This document shows, piece after piece, positions 37,599 through 51,231 of a DNA stretch of 64,000 nucleotides. How positions within the stretch are numbered: the stretch's first letter is position 1; the number at the start of each line of letters is the position of its first letter. Both the position numbers and the translations under genes were made by a program. Source of the DNA: Paragordius varius (Eukaryota; Animalia; Nematomorpha); assembly GCA_964247055.1 (NCBI GenBank), contig OZ176057.1, positions 4,712,001-4,776,000 on the forward strand, written 5' to 3'. A model generated the notes under the pieces. The model saw only the letters and a program-made list of their open reading frames with translations, did no database searches and was not told the origin of the DNA.

Positions 37599-40500
37599 TG
37601 GGTGCAAAATGGGTTAATTTTTTTAACAAAAAAATTTTTAAATGAGATAGTTTAAGACGTGTGTATTCATTTGCCGCAAAAATTTATTTTGAAGACGACT
37701 TAGTCCTTGAAATATTAAGAAAAATGAAATTGAGCAAAAAATGAAAAATGATAATAATTCAAGAAAACAAAAGTTGAGAACACTATAGTGGAATATAAGT
37801 TTATATAAATAAATTATATAAATATCTATAAAATAGTTCAAAAACTGGCTTCTTTTAACACATTTAAAAGTTAAAATTAGAAATTATATTTAAACAATTA
37901 AATATTTAATTGTTACTCACTATTAAAATCTCAACTCATATTTTATTTAGTAAAAAAGCTTCTATATTAATATAAAACTAAAAAATATTATTTTTTATTT
38001 TAATATTTTTTTGTCATCTGGTTTATGAGCGTAAAAAAAATTATACTGTTTTTCTTTGGAATCTTACATGAGTGGCAGTTAAGTATATAATTTATACAAA
38101 AGATTTTAAAATTATGGAATATCGACCAACAATTGTAGATCCCTGTAACAGGTTTGTTTAAACACAAAATAATATTTTCGAAAATCTATTTTTCATAAAT
38201 TATTTCTTAAGGCTCCCACTCATGTACAAATAAATATATTATACACTCTTATACACTAGTTGAGAAAATGAAATAAAAACAATTATTTTTTATTTAATTT
38301 TGATAGAGAAATTTTTAGGCTATTATTATATAAAATGTATATTCTAAAATAATAACCAACTATTATATCTCAACTTTTATAATATTTTAATTTATTCTTA
38401 ATTTTCACTTATTGCCCAATTTTGTTTTAATTTTTTCAAAAAATAGATCGTAAACAATTAAAAAATTTTTACGGCAAATGAATAATCTGTTCATAGGTTA
38501 TCTCATGAAAAAAAAATTTGTTAAAATTTCTTAGACAATGTATATATATTATATACGATTATTCATGCAAAAACATCATTTTTTAATTAAATATTTTTTC
38601 GCGCAAACGCAACATTTTTCCAAGGAAAGACAACATTTTTTCCAAACGCATTTTTTCAAGCAAAAACATAAATTTTTTAAAAACTAAAAAGAATTTTTTT
38701 TATGTTTATTACGTTTATAAGTTATAATACAGTATAGTTTAAGCGTTAAATTATGATTTTTATTGTTTATCATCTATATTTGATGGTATGATTGATTTTC
38801 ATACTGTTTAATTTTGCCCATAAATTGCATTCCAATTTTTCTATATCAAAATAACTTATTAATGTTTTATATATCACGTTAGATAACCCACGAAAATATA
38901 TATTTTAATATAGTTAAATTTTTACATAATAAGGATATACGGTTTTATCAAAGACATGGTATTCAATTAATAGTTTAGGTTGATTAAAAAAATAGATATA
39001 AATAGATAGATAATTATTTTATTGTTTCATTTATAAAGTTCATAAATAAAGTGAAGCAACTTAAAGTGTTCTAGGACCAATTTTAAATTGTTGAGAACAA
39101 TCTTGAAGCGCAAATTGTATATTATTTATAGATTAGGCGAAACTGATGTGAAAAAAATAATATAAATAAAATGCAATTTATGGGCAAAATTATAATCTTT
39201 TAATCCATTAAATATTGCTTATAAAACAATAAATCATAACTTTACACTAAATTTAAATTACGTAACTTAATAATAAGCAATAAATAAAAAATGGTTGTTA
39301 TTTAAAAAAATGTGGAAAAAATATTGGGTCTGGTTGAGAAAATGTTGAGTGATAAAAAAATTTTTTGCTTGAAAATTGTTGCTTTGGTTGAAAAAAGTTT
39401 AAAAAATGTTGTCTTTGCTTCAAAAAGTGTTGCGTTTGGTTAAAAAAATGTTGTCTTTGCTTGGAAAATTGCGTTTAGAAAAAATGTTGCGTTTGGATAA
39501 AAAATGTTGCGTTTGCTTGAATGTTGTGTTTGCTTGTACTTTTGCTTGAAAAATGTTGCATTTGGTTGATATGTTTTTGCATGAAAAACTGTATATACCA
39601 TTTACAGTTCAAATTCACCCTTGAACAATTCAAATTAACCCTTAAACAATTCAAATTCACCCTCAAACAATTCAAATTCACCTTAAAAATAAATTATGTG
39701 TTTTCGAACTAATATAACTCATTATTAATATAAAATATTTCTTTATGGTATAATTAATTATTTTTTTCAGTATTATTTTTTAGAACAAAATTTTATTTTT
39801 AAAAAATATATTTAAATATAGGTAATTTTTAAACTTAAAAAACATGTTATTTATTTGAGGGTGAATTTGAATTGTTCGAGGGTGAATTTGAATTGTTCAA
39901 GGGTGAATTTGAGTGTTCGAGGGTGAATTTGAATTGTTTAAGGGTGAATTTGAACTGTAAATGGTATATATACAATATGCATTTTAATGGTTGCTTATTT
40001 CACACTATAGTAGGGCAATTCGCAATACAGGAGTATATAAAAGAAACAACATAATTCCTTTTTCCATATACTCTTGTGTTGTTCTACTATAGTGTGAAAT
40101 AAGCAACCATTAAAATGCATACTGTACTTTGTTACAAATAAGACCAAATTTTGTATATGATACATACATGCTTGTTGAATTTAACTTTGTCATCCAATAC
40201 AACTAGACCTATATCATAGTATGAGGATGAGTGTTTAAATTTTTTGTGAATCACATGACTACCATACAAAGTCTGAAGATATGGTTGGACAATTTTACCA
40301 TATGTAGTATTTATACCTTTGTTATGAAGGCCCAATTTATAAGTTAATTGATTGGGTGAATATCCACTATATAATATTTTAATAAATAAACTAAAAAATA
40401 AACCTTAAAATTGATAACAAAATTGAAATAGAGGTTATTTATGGGAACACAAATAGCTTTACTTATTCTATTAAGTTATTAGCGCAAATATTACATAAAA

Positions 40501-41065
40501 TTATAACTATTAAAATTGAGAATACGAATGATTTTATTCAAATGTTTTAATTTTAATATTTTATCCAAGAATTTTAAGACTGTTAAATGCATATGTAACA
40601 TACTCTAAACAATGAGCAGCAGTAAGTATCAAGCGATCAGATATTAGAACACCTCCGCAAATATAAAAGTCTGAAACATAAATGGCTACTTGCCAGGGCC
40701 AGGAATGGGGGTTAGCGGCATTTCCACCCACAATTTTGGCATATGCATTACAGGGACTATTGTACTTTGGTATCACTGATATACCACAATCAGCCCCGTT
40801 TATTCCAGACATGTAGGCTTGCATAATTTTATTCTTAACCCTCAAAAATTTCTTTTGAAGCAAGCTCACTTTCGCATGTGTTGCTTTTTGTCTTCTAACC
40901 TGATCATGGGGTGAGGTTAAATTGGTGATTATTACAGAGGGTGTAGTTAGTGGGGTGGCATTTTCATTTCCGTTGGATGTTGTCTCAATATCTATATCAT
41001 TGGTATCTGATGAGTGGATAAACTTGGGTATGTCAATGAACGCAGCCAGGTAAAATAAAATTAAT
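35511..41065 (-). CDS. Trypsin-like serine protease (S1A), copy B; first coding exon not identified
   Basis: Exons 41065-40604, 40366-40168, 37529-37436, 37185-37058, 35912-35511 in frame. Motifs IVGG, TAAHC, DIGLVVL, RDTCR|GDSGGP; intron positions identical to copy A. Confidence 0.93.
39596..39966. mobile_element. TACCATTT-TIR MITE with 21-bp subrepeats, inserted in copy B only
   Basis: TACCATTTACA...TGTAAATGGTA; the paralogous site at ~13530 is empty with one fewer TA, indicating a TA target duplication. Confidence 0.9.
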
Positions 41066-43129
41066 CTGTAAAAATAAAATAAAAATGCTTAATTTTAACA
41101 TTCAATAATATATTAATTGTCCTTGAGTTAAAAAAAGTATTATGTTTTAAACCAAAATTGGATGACTAACGTTGCCCTCGTTTAAATTGAATTGTATTAA
41201 AGTTAGGTTCCGTATTCAAGTAAGGATAATTAAGATCAAAACATTATCAGAGAGATGGTATATTAACTTGAGGAAAAGTGTACCAATAATTTTCGAAATA
41301 TTTTACAAATATTCAGACAAATTGGACGTAAGATTTATAGTGTGGTGTTGAATGATTGTTAAATTTATTTAAATCTAAGAATAAAAGTATACAGACACAG
41401 AAGTTTTAAATTAAATTGGATTATAGAGAGGATGTAAGCATAAGTGGCAAACAGGCAAGACTTTCAATAGGTCTAGGGTAGACATGAAGCAAATATAAAA
41501 ATGTAGGTACATTGTCCTAATATGGTGCCGTTGATTAAAGTTAGGGCTAAACTACATTAAGTAGGCATAAAATATTTCAAATTGATGGAACTTGTTGTTT
41601 TTAGAGCAGCATTAGGAATTATTTAACCCTCTAAACCGGGGATATCGACATGGGCACGCCTTGACCTTATGTTTGAACCGCGAATAATTCGGAATTCCAT
41701 TATTTGCGAAATATTATCACAAAAAAGGAAAATTGATATTTCATAAACAATTTTTCTAATCATTTTAATAGAATTGGCAAAAACTAGAAAAAATGTTATA
41801 TATTGTGTGTTCATTTTACAGTATGTTTGCAATCTAAAATTACCAAGGAATGTCCATACATATTTGTGCTAGGCCACCCTGTTACTCTAAAAATAGGCCG
41901 TTTTTGCTCTAAATAAAATTGTTTCTGTACATTACGATACTTATACATTTTAGGAATGTCATTTATGTTCTTAATAATTTTTTTTTAATATTTTTACAAA
42001 AATATCATTACCATGATGAGCTATTGGGCCATTAAAAAGGTAATTTATTTTTTATATCTGTTCCCTATATAAGAAAAGCTAATTATTTTAGTTACTTACA
42101 TATATAATTGATGAACAAAACATTCTTTAAAAATTTGTTTAAAAATATATCTAACAAAACGAAAAAGCTCACAAATGACAACAGACATGTATATTTAATT
42201 CCCATTTTAGCTGTTTAATGGCCTAAAATTCTTTTTTTGATAAAATATGTGCTTATATCGTACTTAAACATTAATTTTAAATTACCTGAAATAGGAATTC
42301 ATCGTTGCCGTGATTAGATATTAAATAATTATATATGATTCGGAAAAATATATAATTAAATTATTAAGCCCTAAAAAATATAATTATGATCCTCAAAACA
42401 TTAGAATGGTCATTTTCTAATTAAATTATTTTATAAAAAATACTTTAAACTTAAATATCAAAATTATTTCAACTTCTAAAATTATAAAATATTTCAAACT
42501 TAATTATCAAAATTATTTCAACTTGTAATATTATCTATTTTGGCAACATAAAAAATGGTACTTTACTCAAGCCGGTTGAAGAGTCCATATTAAAAGCTAG
42601 AAATAATTTATAAAATATTAATTAATTATAATATCATTGTCTAAAAATCGACTCTATAAATATTATTTCTATTATATATCCTATTTAAAAACAGGGGTGT
42701 CCAACACAAATGATTTTGAGGACCGCAATCGCAAATATGCACCTTAACAAATATTATATTAAATTTTAGACATAGGTAAAATTGTAAATACTGTTTATTT
42801 AAATATTTTTTTGGCCTATATTGCCCTAATTTCGGAGATTTATTCAGAAATGTTGCTCAAAAATCAATTTATTTAGATTTCGTAAAAATTTGATTGGAAA
42901 TTACTCGCAGGCTTAAAAAATATCCAAATTATATATTATAAATTAGAAAACACTTATTTGAATCGAAAATAAATGTGCAATAGATTATATATGTTTTTAC
43001 GGTATAACCCAATGAAGATCATTTATTTTGCCTATTAAAAGTAACGTCAATAACTGTAAAATAATAAATTTGTTGTATATGTTATTCGTTGGTATATAAT
43101 GATCTATCCTCATCATTCATTTGTATGGG

Positions 43130-44190
43130 GCGCCATTAAATGACGGTACACCCGTTTTTTCCAATCTTTTCTTGATTTGGCTAATTCTAAATTTAAATTG
43201 AGCGATTCGAGGTCTTTAGTTATTGTGTTAAGCCATGTGGTATGGGGTCAACCGGAATTCGCTGGCAGTTTAACCGAGTAATTTTTCATAGTTTTAAGAA
43301 TGTGAGTATCTTGTCGTCTCTCAACATGTCCAGCCCATTGTAACCGGAGATTTCTGATGACGTTGTTGATGGGGTTGAGATGAGTATATGGTACGGGTTT
43401 ATGGATTCGGTAAAATTGAATTTAGAGGAATTGTGTGCGAATAATACTGTTTTCAATAATTTGGATTCAGCGTTTATGAGTTTGGATTCATTTGTTTTTG
43501 ACATCGGCCAAGATTCGGATGCATATGTGAGAACCGGACGGATGGCTGTAGTGTAAATGACACATTTAGTTTGTAGTTTGACGAATTTATGATTTATTAT
43601 TAATTTAACGTATGGTATTTTTTCCTTTGTGATATGCGATGTTTAATTGCATGTTCTATTCCTCCACCGGCTGATATCATATCTTCCAAGTAGCAAAAGC
43701 TGCTCACTGTTTCCATATTAAAAGGGTTGGGTATCGAGTTCATTGTTAAATTAATATTAAAATTTAAACATCCCGAGCATTTGTAGCTTTTATCATAATC
43801 ATTTATGGATTTAGGCTACTAAATTTTTTATGTACCCATAGGAGACAAGAATTGCAGCATACAGAATATGATTTAACTTCTTTTCTACATACGGTGCTGG
43901 TTTTTAGCGGTGAGATTATCGCACATTAATTTGGTTTTTAAGAAATTTACTTTGACACCATAACTTTTTAAGGTCTCATTCCGCAGACGAATTTTCCCTA
44001 TGACGCTTTCGGATGTTGATATTATTACGAGGTCATCGGCGTAAAGAATTTGGTGTGGCATGCCGGTTGCAATGTCTTTAGTTATTTCTTCCATAATGAC
44101 ATTGAAGAGGGTTGGGCTTAATATGGATCCTTGGTGGATTCCATTTTTTATAAAAACTTTTAATTAGTCCAAACGGGGTTTTGATTTGGG
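43130..44190 (-). mobile_element. 5'-truncated LINE (RTE-like RT pseudogene)
   Basis: GIHQGSILSPTLFNV, YADD, FCYLEDMI..GG..RIS, PVLTYASESW motifs with frameshifts. Confidence 0.85.
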
Positions 44191-44193
44191 CTA

Positions 44194-44430
44194 TATATAT
44201 ATATATATATATGATATAATTAGGTTTGATGTATTCACATATATTAAGGTGTGATGTTTGCTTTTATAATAATAATCACACGTGGTGGTGAGGTTATAAC
44301 ATTATAATAATACTACAAACTTAAGTTACGAAGTTAATATATTAATAAATAACAAATGTTGATTGTGTGGTTAATCTAATAGTATAATAAAAAGATTATT
44401 CAAATTAGCCTCTCAGTTACCACTATAACA
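44194..44430 (-). repeat. Solo/partial LTR related to the Gypsy LTR at 2625-2996
   Basis: Collinear with 2765-2996 (ttaggttt.atgtattcacatat...tgtggttaatctaat...attagcct.tcagttac.act.taaca); ends at a (TA)n tract. Confidence 0.8.
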
Positions 44431-46306
44431 CTTATTTAAAACTATAGGTCAGGGATGTCCAACATATATAAGTTAGCACGCAGCATTTGGCAAAATATGA
44501 CCTAACTAAAGTTAATTATTTACATTTTCTAGCCATAATAAACATTTTTTTGTCTATTACGATTAAAAAATAAAAAAATGGAGGGGATAAAGTTTGAGGT
44601 GAGGATTTCAATCATATTTTTTTTAAAAAAATGTATTGCGCTAAAAAGACAATGGAAGCGTGTGTTTATGTGCGACCTTATAACTTAAATACTTTTTCAA
44701 ACGAACAACAGCACCTTGATAATTATGATACATTTTTTACCATTTCTCCTAGAATATGCACATGTGTTAGTGTTTGTTTAATTTATCAAATCCACAAAAA
44801 TTTATCTTGCAATTTTTCAGTGTTCTGTAAAAAATGGTATTTAAGTACATTTAATTAATAATTTGTTTCAATACCACTAAAATATATTCTATATATAAGG
44901 GAAAACATTTTTTTAAATAATTTTTAAAAGGCTCCAAAAAGTCCCAAATTTTGCCCTTCTAATATGGGCATAAACAATCTATTATCTTTTTGGGTCTGAA
45001 CGATTTCAAAAATATATTTCTAAGTATTTTAGGTATTAACATCTAAAAATATGCTTACTTTAGCCTATTAGCGCATAATACAAAATTATTTTAAATAATT
45101 CTCATCTCAAACTTTAAAGCAAATATATTATTGTTATAATATATAAATAATATATTAAAAAATGCTATAGGCTACATTTTAGAAGAAAACTTGTTATATT
45201 TTAATTTAAATATTTGCTGCTCGTTCGATTGTTTCGAGCTGTCCCATTTATAGATTCAGAAGATTTAAAAATTTTAAAAAATAGTTTATAATCTAATCTA
45301 TCAGAACAATGTTTGATATTTCAATTTCGACAAATATGACTATTAAACTGTGGTTTATTAAAATAACTTTTATACAAGGTAAACTAGGACAATAAATAAA
45401 GTGTTTTAATTGTAATAATACCGAGATGGTGCAATAAATGTTTTATACATAATGCTAACATTTAACATCGAAAAACCTTTCCGATAATATGAATACTTCA
45501 AGCTATAATAATATAAAATGCTTTAAGTTTATTAAAAAATTGTGATAATTGATGATGCTTAACAATTCTATCATATCAGAAAAAAATTTTGGTTAACTAA
45601 TAAATCTAAATTCTGAGGTGATAAATTTTCAGCATTATCGAATGAACCGTTCCGTTTCTATACCCCCACCATTTAAATAATATAAGTGCGCTTCCTGATA
45701 TTTACTTATAAATTAAATTTTCAATTTAATTATAATTTTTCAAAAAATATATTTTTTTGATGTCAAATTTTCATATATTTAAAATTTCATTCGCATATTA
45801 TCGGTTCTATATTTTTGATCCAAAGAAAACTATATCTATTTGGAAAGGCAAATAAATTTAGCACTTACAGTGATTATATCTAAATTCTTATTAAAATACT
45901 GTTTTCCCTTTATATGTAATTTATTGTCCTTTGTGGAATGAATATCTAGCTTTCAATGATAAAATTATTTTTACAAAGAGCAATGCCATAAAAATTTAAA
46001 TTATGGTTTTGAATTAAAATTTATGTTACAAAAACAAAACTATGATTATTTTAATATAAAGCAATTATAGAAAAAAGAGATTCCAACATATTTTTTAATT
46101 AAGAATATAAAAGGAATAAAATTTGATAACGGATATTATATAATCCATAAATTTTTTCGTTGGGCATCCATTTTTATTAAATTCAAACATAAAAAGATTT
46201 TAGAGGTAGAGGTTTTTATGTGCTATTTTTAAAATAAGCCATATAAAATAATAAACAGAGCGTCTGACGAAACACTGATTTTCATCACATTCTATAAGCA
46301 CATGAT

Positions 46307-49300
46307 ATGTCTTACTCATTAAAATTATCACAGGGCAAAAAGCGAGAATTAATTAGCCGATTCAGATTGCAGATAACAAAATGTAATCCGGATTTTATTG
46401 GAGAAAATATTATAAAATTCCTAGAATTTGCGGATGATATATTTGGTAAGGCATTTATTTCAGACGAAAATTTTCTACAATTGGTGAATGTTATGATTAT
46501 GGGTGGATTCGAACCATCCGTATTTGCAGATGAAAGTAATATAAAAACTTTTACTTTTTATTTATAATATGAGTATGTCTCATGCATAGTTATTTTATAA
46601 CTTTAAACTAGGATATATATATAATGGTTGAATGAAAAATATTAAATATTGTTAGGCATTATAGGAAAATCTATATCTTAATATGGGTTATTTATTAAAT
46701 AATCTTATATACCAGACAATATGTATGAGTTATAAAAGAATGGATTTTTTTATGCTTACAAGATTTTCAAATCTGTATTTGAAATTTGTAAGTTTAAACA
46801 TTCAATTTCTTAAACTACATAAAATATGTTAATATTTTAGGGGTTTGTAATGATCGCTCCAAATAATATAATATTTTAAATTCCTTTCGAGTATCTATTC
46901 GATACATCATCAAAATTAAATTATAAAACATGTTTACGCAAATATATTTTCCAATTAACTTTAAAAACGTTTTCATACATTTGTCAGAAATTTTGGGTAC
47001 TCTTGCACAAAAAAGGAATTCAGGTGGATACAGAAGAGTTTTTTTTTTATGCATTTTACATTAAATATGTACCCATGATAATTTTTTGATGTTTGATGAG
47101 ATAATACCGTAAGTAAATATATATATATGTCATATAAAATTATTCCATTTTTCAGTTAAAAGCAACATTTTTTAATCAAACGCAACATTTTTTAGTTGTC
47201 TTGGCTTAAAAATATTTGGTTGGTTAAAAAATTGTTACTTTTGGCTGAATAATGAGATTTTGAATAAATAGAAGCTAAAACTAACTATAAACATAAACAT
47301 ATTTTTAAAAAAATGACGCGAATTAGCAGACTGCTTCTTTGCGAATACAAATTTAAGATTATAAAGAAAGTTGTGTTTAATTATAAATGGATTAATTTAT
47401 CTGTTGTACAACACAAGGATGGTCAACAAATAAGTCTGCCCTTGCTCTTTTCCCCCAAAAATATCAGAGGAAAAACTTTTATTTTGCGAGGAAGGATTCA
47501 TGTAAAATATTTTGTAGGTTTTAAATCGGTATGATGGATATGACCAGCTCTTAGAGCTTTTGGTTATAATTATAAGGAGTGGATTTTGCTTAAATTGTTT
47601 ATGATAAACATAATATCTGTAGCAGTTGATCGGTTATTTATTTTGACCATATTACAAACCGAATAACTTAATATTTTTTACATATTTGAATTAAAATAAA
47701 ATAATTTTCTATAATTAGTATCAAAATTTAACGACAAAAATCATTCGCATTTGTGTGGTTTGATTTGGAACACCAATTTTTTGGCTTACAGGTGTAAAAC
47801 ATGTGCTCTGTCACCGTGTATGTCAATATGTCCCAGCTGTTTCAAAAACGGACCACATGAGAAGGAATCACATGATTACCATATGTTTCGATCACAAGCT
47901 GGTGGAGCCTGTGATTGTGGGGACGGGAATGTCATGAAGTCAGCTGGGTATTATCGCAAATCTTATGCAAAAATACAGTTAAAATATACCGACAAAACGT
48001 AAAAGATATAAAGACAAATATTTTTTACCGAAAGATAACCATACTTTTTATTTCCTTTTTTAAATTATAACTCATTGTTTTATATTACAAAGTATAGAAT
48101 AGAGGTGTATATTGGTAACATAATCAATTTTATGTTTAACAGTGGTAAGTATATGTTTAATATGAGAAAAATTAAGGTTTAAAAAGGTATGGTTGTTTAT
48201 TAAATAAAAATATTTGTCTTTATATAATTACGTTTTGTCCGTATATAATTTTTCATAGTTTTAGCGTTCTATTATTTGTTAAATTTTTAAACCGTTTTAT
48301 TATATGCTTTTTTTAATGAGCTTCAGCTTATTAATTTCCATTTTTCTACCCTTATTGTCACATATTACGTGTGAGATAATAGGGTATAAATAATTTTTTT
48401 TATGCCCGAAATAAAAAATACATGTCCCCACAATACAAAATCTGTTTTACAGTAAATGGATAAAATATATTTCAAAGATATTGTTTCAATAAGCTTTTGT
48501 ATACCAAAGTAATTTCTTTCTCCTTACATCACCCCTACTAGATTTTGTACAAAACATACGAAAGTAGTTAACGCTGAAAATCAGCTTAACGATACTTTAT
48601 TACCAATTTGTTCTGAAGAATACACCGTTATGTTTGAGTGTATTGCACCATATGTTGTCGGAAAAATCTTGGCTTTTTACCGTGAATATTGTCAACCAAG
48701 TAAGAAATTATAAGTTTAAAATTATTTTTTTGAATAAATTTCATTTTTTAAATGATATAATATACTTTGCAGTTTAAAACTATGAATATTTAAAATATAT
48801 ATTTCCAAAATTATCGTTAAATAGAGTTTATGTTTGAAAATTAACGTTTAAAAAGTATATGTGGAAATTTTTATTAAAAAAAAATATTTGCCTTTATATT
48901 TTTATGTTTTGACTGTATAATTTTTTTTCTTGCAATTCAAATTCACCCTTGAAAAAATCACTTTGAAAATAAATTATGTGTTTTCGGCCTAATATAACTC
49001 ATTATTAATAAGAAATAAAATCTTGTGGCATAGTTTATAATTTTTTCAGTATTATATTAATTTTAAACCTAATATTTTTTTAAAATAAAAAATATAGGTA
49101 TTTTTAATCTTAAAAAACACATAATTTATGTAAGGGTGAATTTGAATTAATTTATTGCCAAATAGCAAATGCAGCAAAAGATTTATTATTGGCTAATAAT
49201 AGTAAAATGTGAAAAAAATAATTCTAAGCCAATAATACTGCCCTTTGTTTATTATGCTAGAATAATTAATTTTCTAAGAATATGTACTTATTCATAGTGT

Positions 49301-50737
49301 AATATGAAAAAAAATCATTAGTAAGCTTTATCCATTTTATATAAAATAATAAATAAATCAGTTTTTTACACATATTTTTACAATAACCAAAAATTAAATA
49401 TCCACACTTGTTTTTAGGTGGGGAATTAGCCCTAGATATAGATATACCAGCCTGTTATCCTTACATAGAAACCATTTTACAAAACACTGTATGCCACTTA
49501 GGTAATATATTTTATATTTTATTTTATACTATACTATATCGTTTGGACTTTAAACATTTCAAGTTAGTCCTTGAACACTTCAAGTTAGACTTTTGAAATT
49601 TTAAGTTTGACCTTGAACATTTCAAGTTTGACCTTAAAAACTTCAAGTTGGTCATTGAACATTTAATGTTGGTCTTTGAACAATGCAAGTTGGTCCTTCA
49701 ACTTTTTAAGTTTGGATTTAATACTATAATTTTTGCATGTATATTATTATTTTATTATTTTCCAACAAATTTACTTTTTTTTATAAATTTATTACATTTA
49801 CACTTCAAATTCACCCTTTAACAATTTATTTTCACCCTAAAAAATTTCGTATATTTTCGAACTAATATAACTCATTATCAATATGATATTAAGCTTTTTT
49901 GGCATAATTTATTATTTTTTTTATAAAACAAAATTTTATTTTTATAAATATTATAAAACATAGGTAATTTTTGATTTTTAAAAACATATAATTTATTTGA
50001 GGTTGAATATTAATTGTTCAAGGATGAATTTGAATTGTAAATGGTATTTATTCATTTTTTAAATTATTAAAATCGCCTTTTTTGTTGTTCAAAAATAGTT
50101 TTATTTTTATCTATAAATGTTTGTAACGAAATTGTAATTAATAACTCAGAAAACTTATATATTTATCAAATAAGTGTTAAAATGTTCTTTACATTAAAAT
50201 ATTTTTTAAGATACTAATTAAAATATATGGTTTCTGAATGATCAAAAGTGAGTTAAAAATTTAGGTTAAATAAAGAAAATAGGTTAATAAGATGAATGAT
50301 AAAAGATAAATACAAAATACCAACTTTAAGTGTTCAAGGACACTCTTGAAGTGCGAATGGTATATTGTATTATATTGCTATTTGAAAATTGTTATACAGA
50401 AAGAAAACTAATTAAAAATTTTATATTCCAATAGGTCAAACATTGTTTAAGCGTATTTTGATTCAAGCCCTCCTAGATCCTGAAATTTATCATTTTTTTA
50501 TACATGGTAAGGGAATATGATTTATATTTTAAATAATTTATTTTTTTTAAACAATAATAATAATTTATATAATATATTTAAATAAAATATTAATTTATTT
50601 ATTTGTTAAACAAAATGTTTTTATTGTTAAACAAAATATTTTTTTATTTATTCGTTAAACAAATTTTATTAGATAAAAAAATGATGTTTTAACATTACAT
50701 TAATTCTAAATTTTTGTTTAAATGAGAATTACAAAAA

Positions 50738-50783
<46 letters not shown>

Positions 50784-51180
50784 TTAAATAATTATTTTAT
50801 TTAAACAAAAATGACAATAATGGTTTTTTCAAAAAATTGTTTTTAGAAAAAAAAACTTCTTTTTTTCTAAAACAGTTTTATTATTAATTTTTATCGTAAT
50901 TATTTTAGGATGTCCCTTACACCAACACGATACTACACCTATAGATGCACCAGCTGACCATCAATCACCTGATTTTTATGATTCATACACAAAAACAGCT
51001 GACTCCGATAATTTTAATGGGAGTCGTGATGAAAATTTTACAAAGTTACATAAACTTATAAGGTTTCAAAGAAATTTTTTATATTCCTCTTTTTTGAATT
51101 TAAATCAATTTTATTTAAATCCTGTGTAATGAAATTAATATTTTGGTTTTATAATTTTTATCTAATTGATTACTTTTTTG

Positions 51181-51231
<51 letters not shown>

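Larger units (their letters stand above)
33530..42925. repeat. Segmental duplication copy B
   Basis: Collinear with 7775-16266 plus 24764-24900. Confidence 0.9.

Noticed and set aside
47313-47660. Higher-complexity block and 73-aa ORF in UBR3 intron 1 (possible nested gene or snoRNA)
   Set aside because: No recognisable domain, no consistent splice pattern and no clean C/D or H/ACA boxes. It cannot be supported without a database search.
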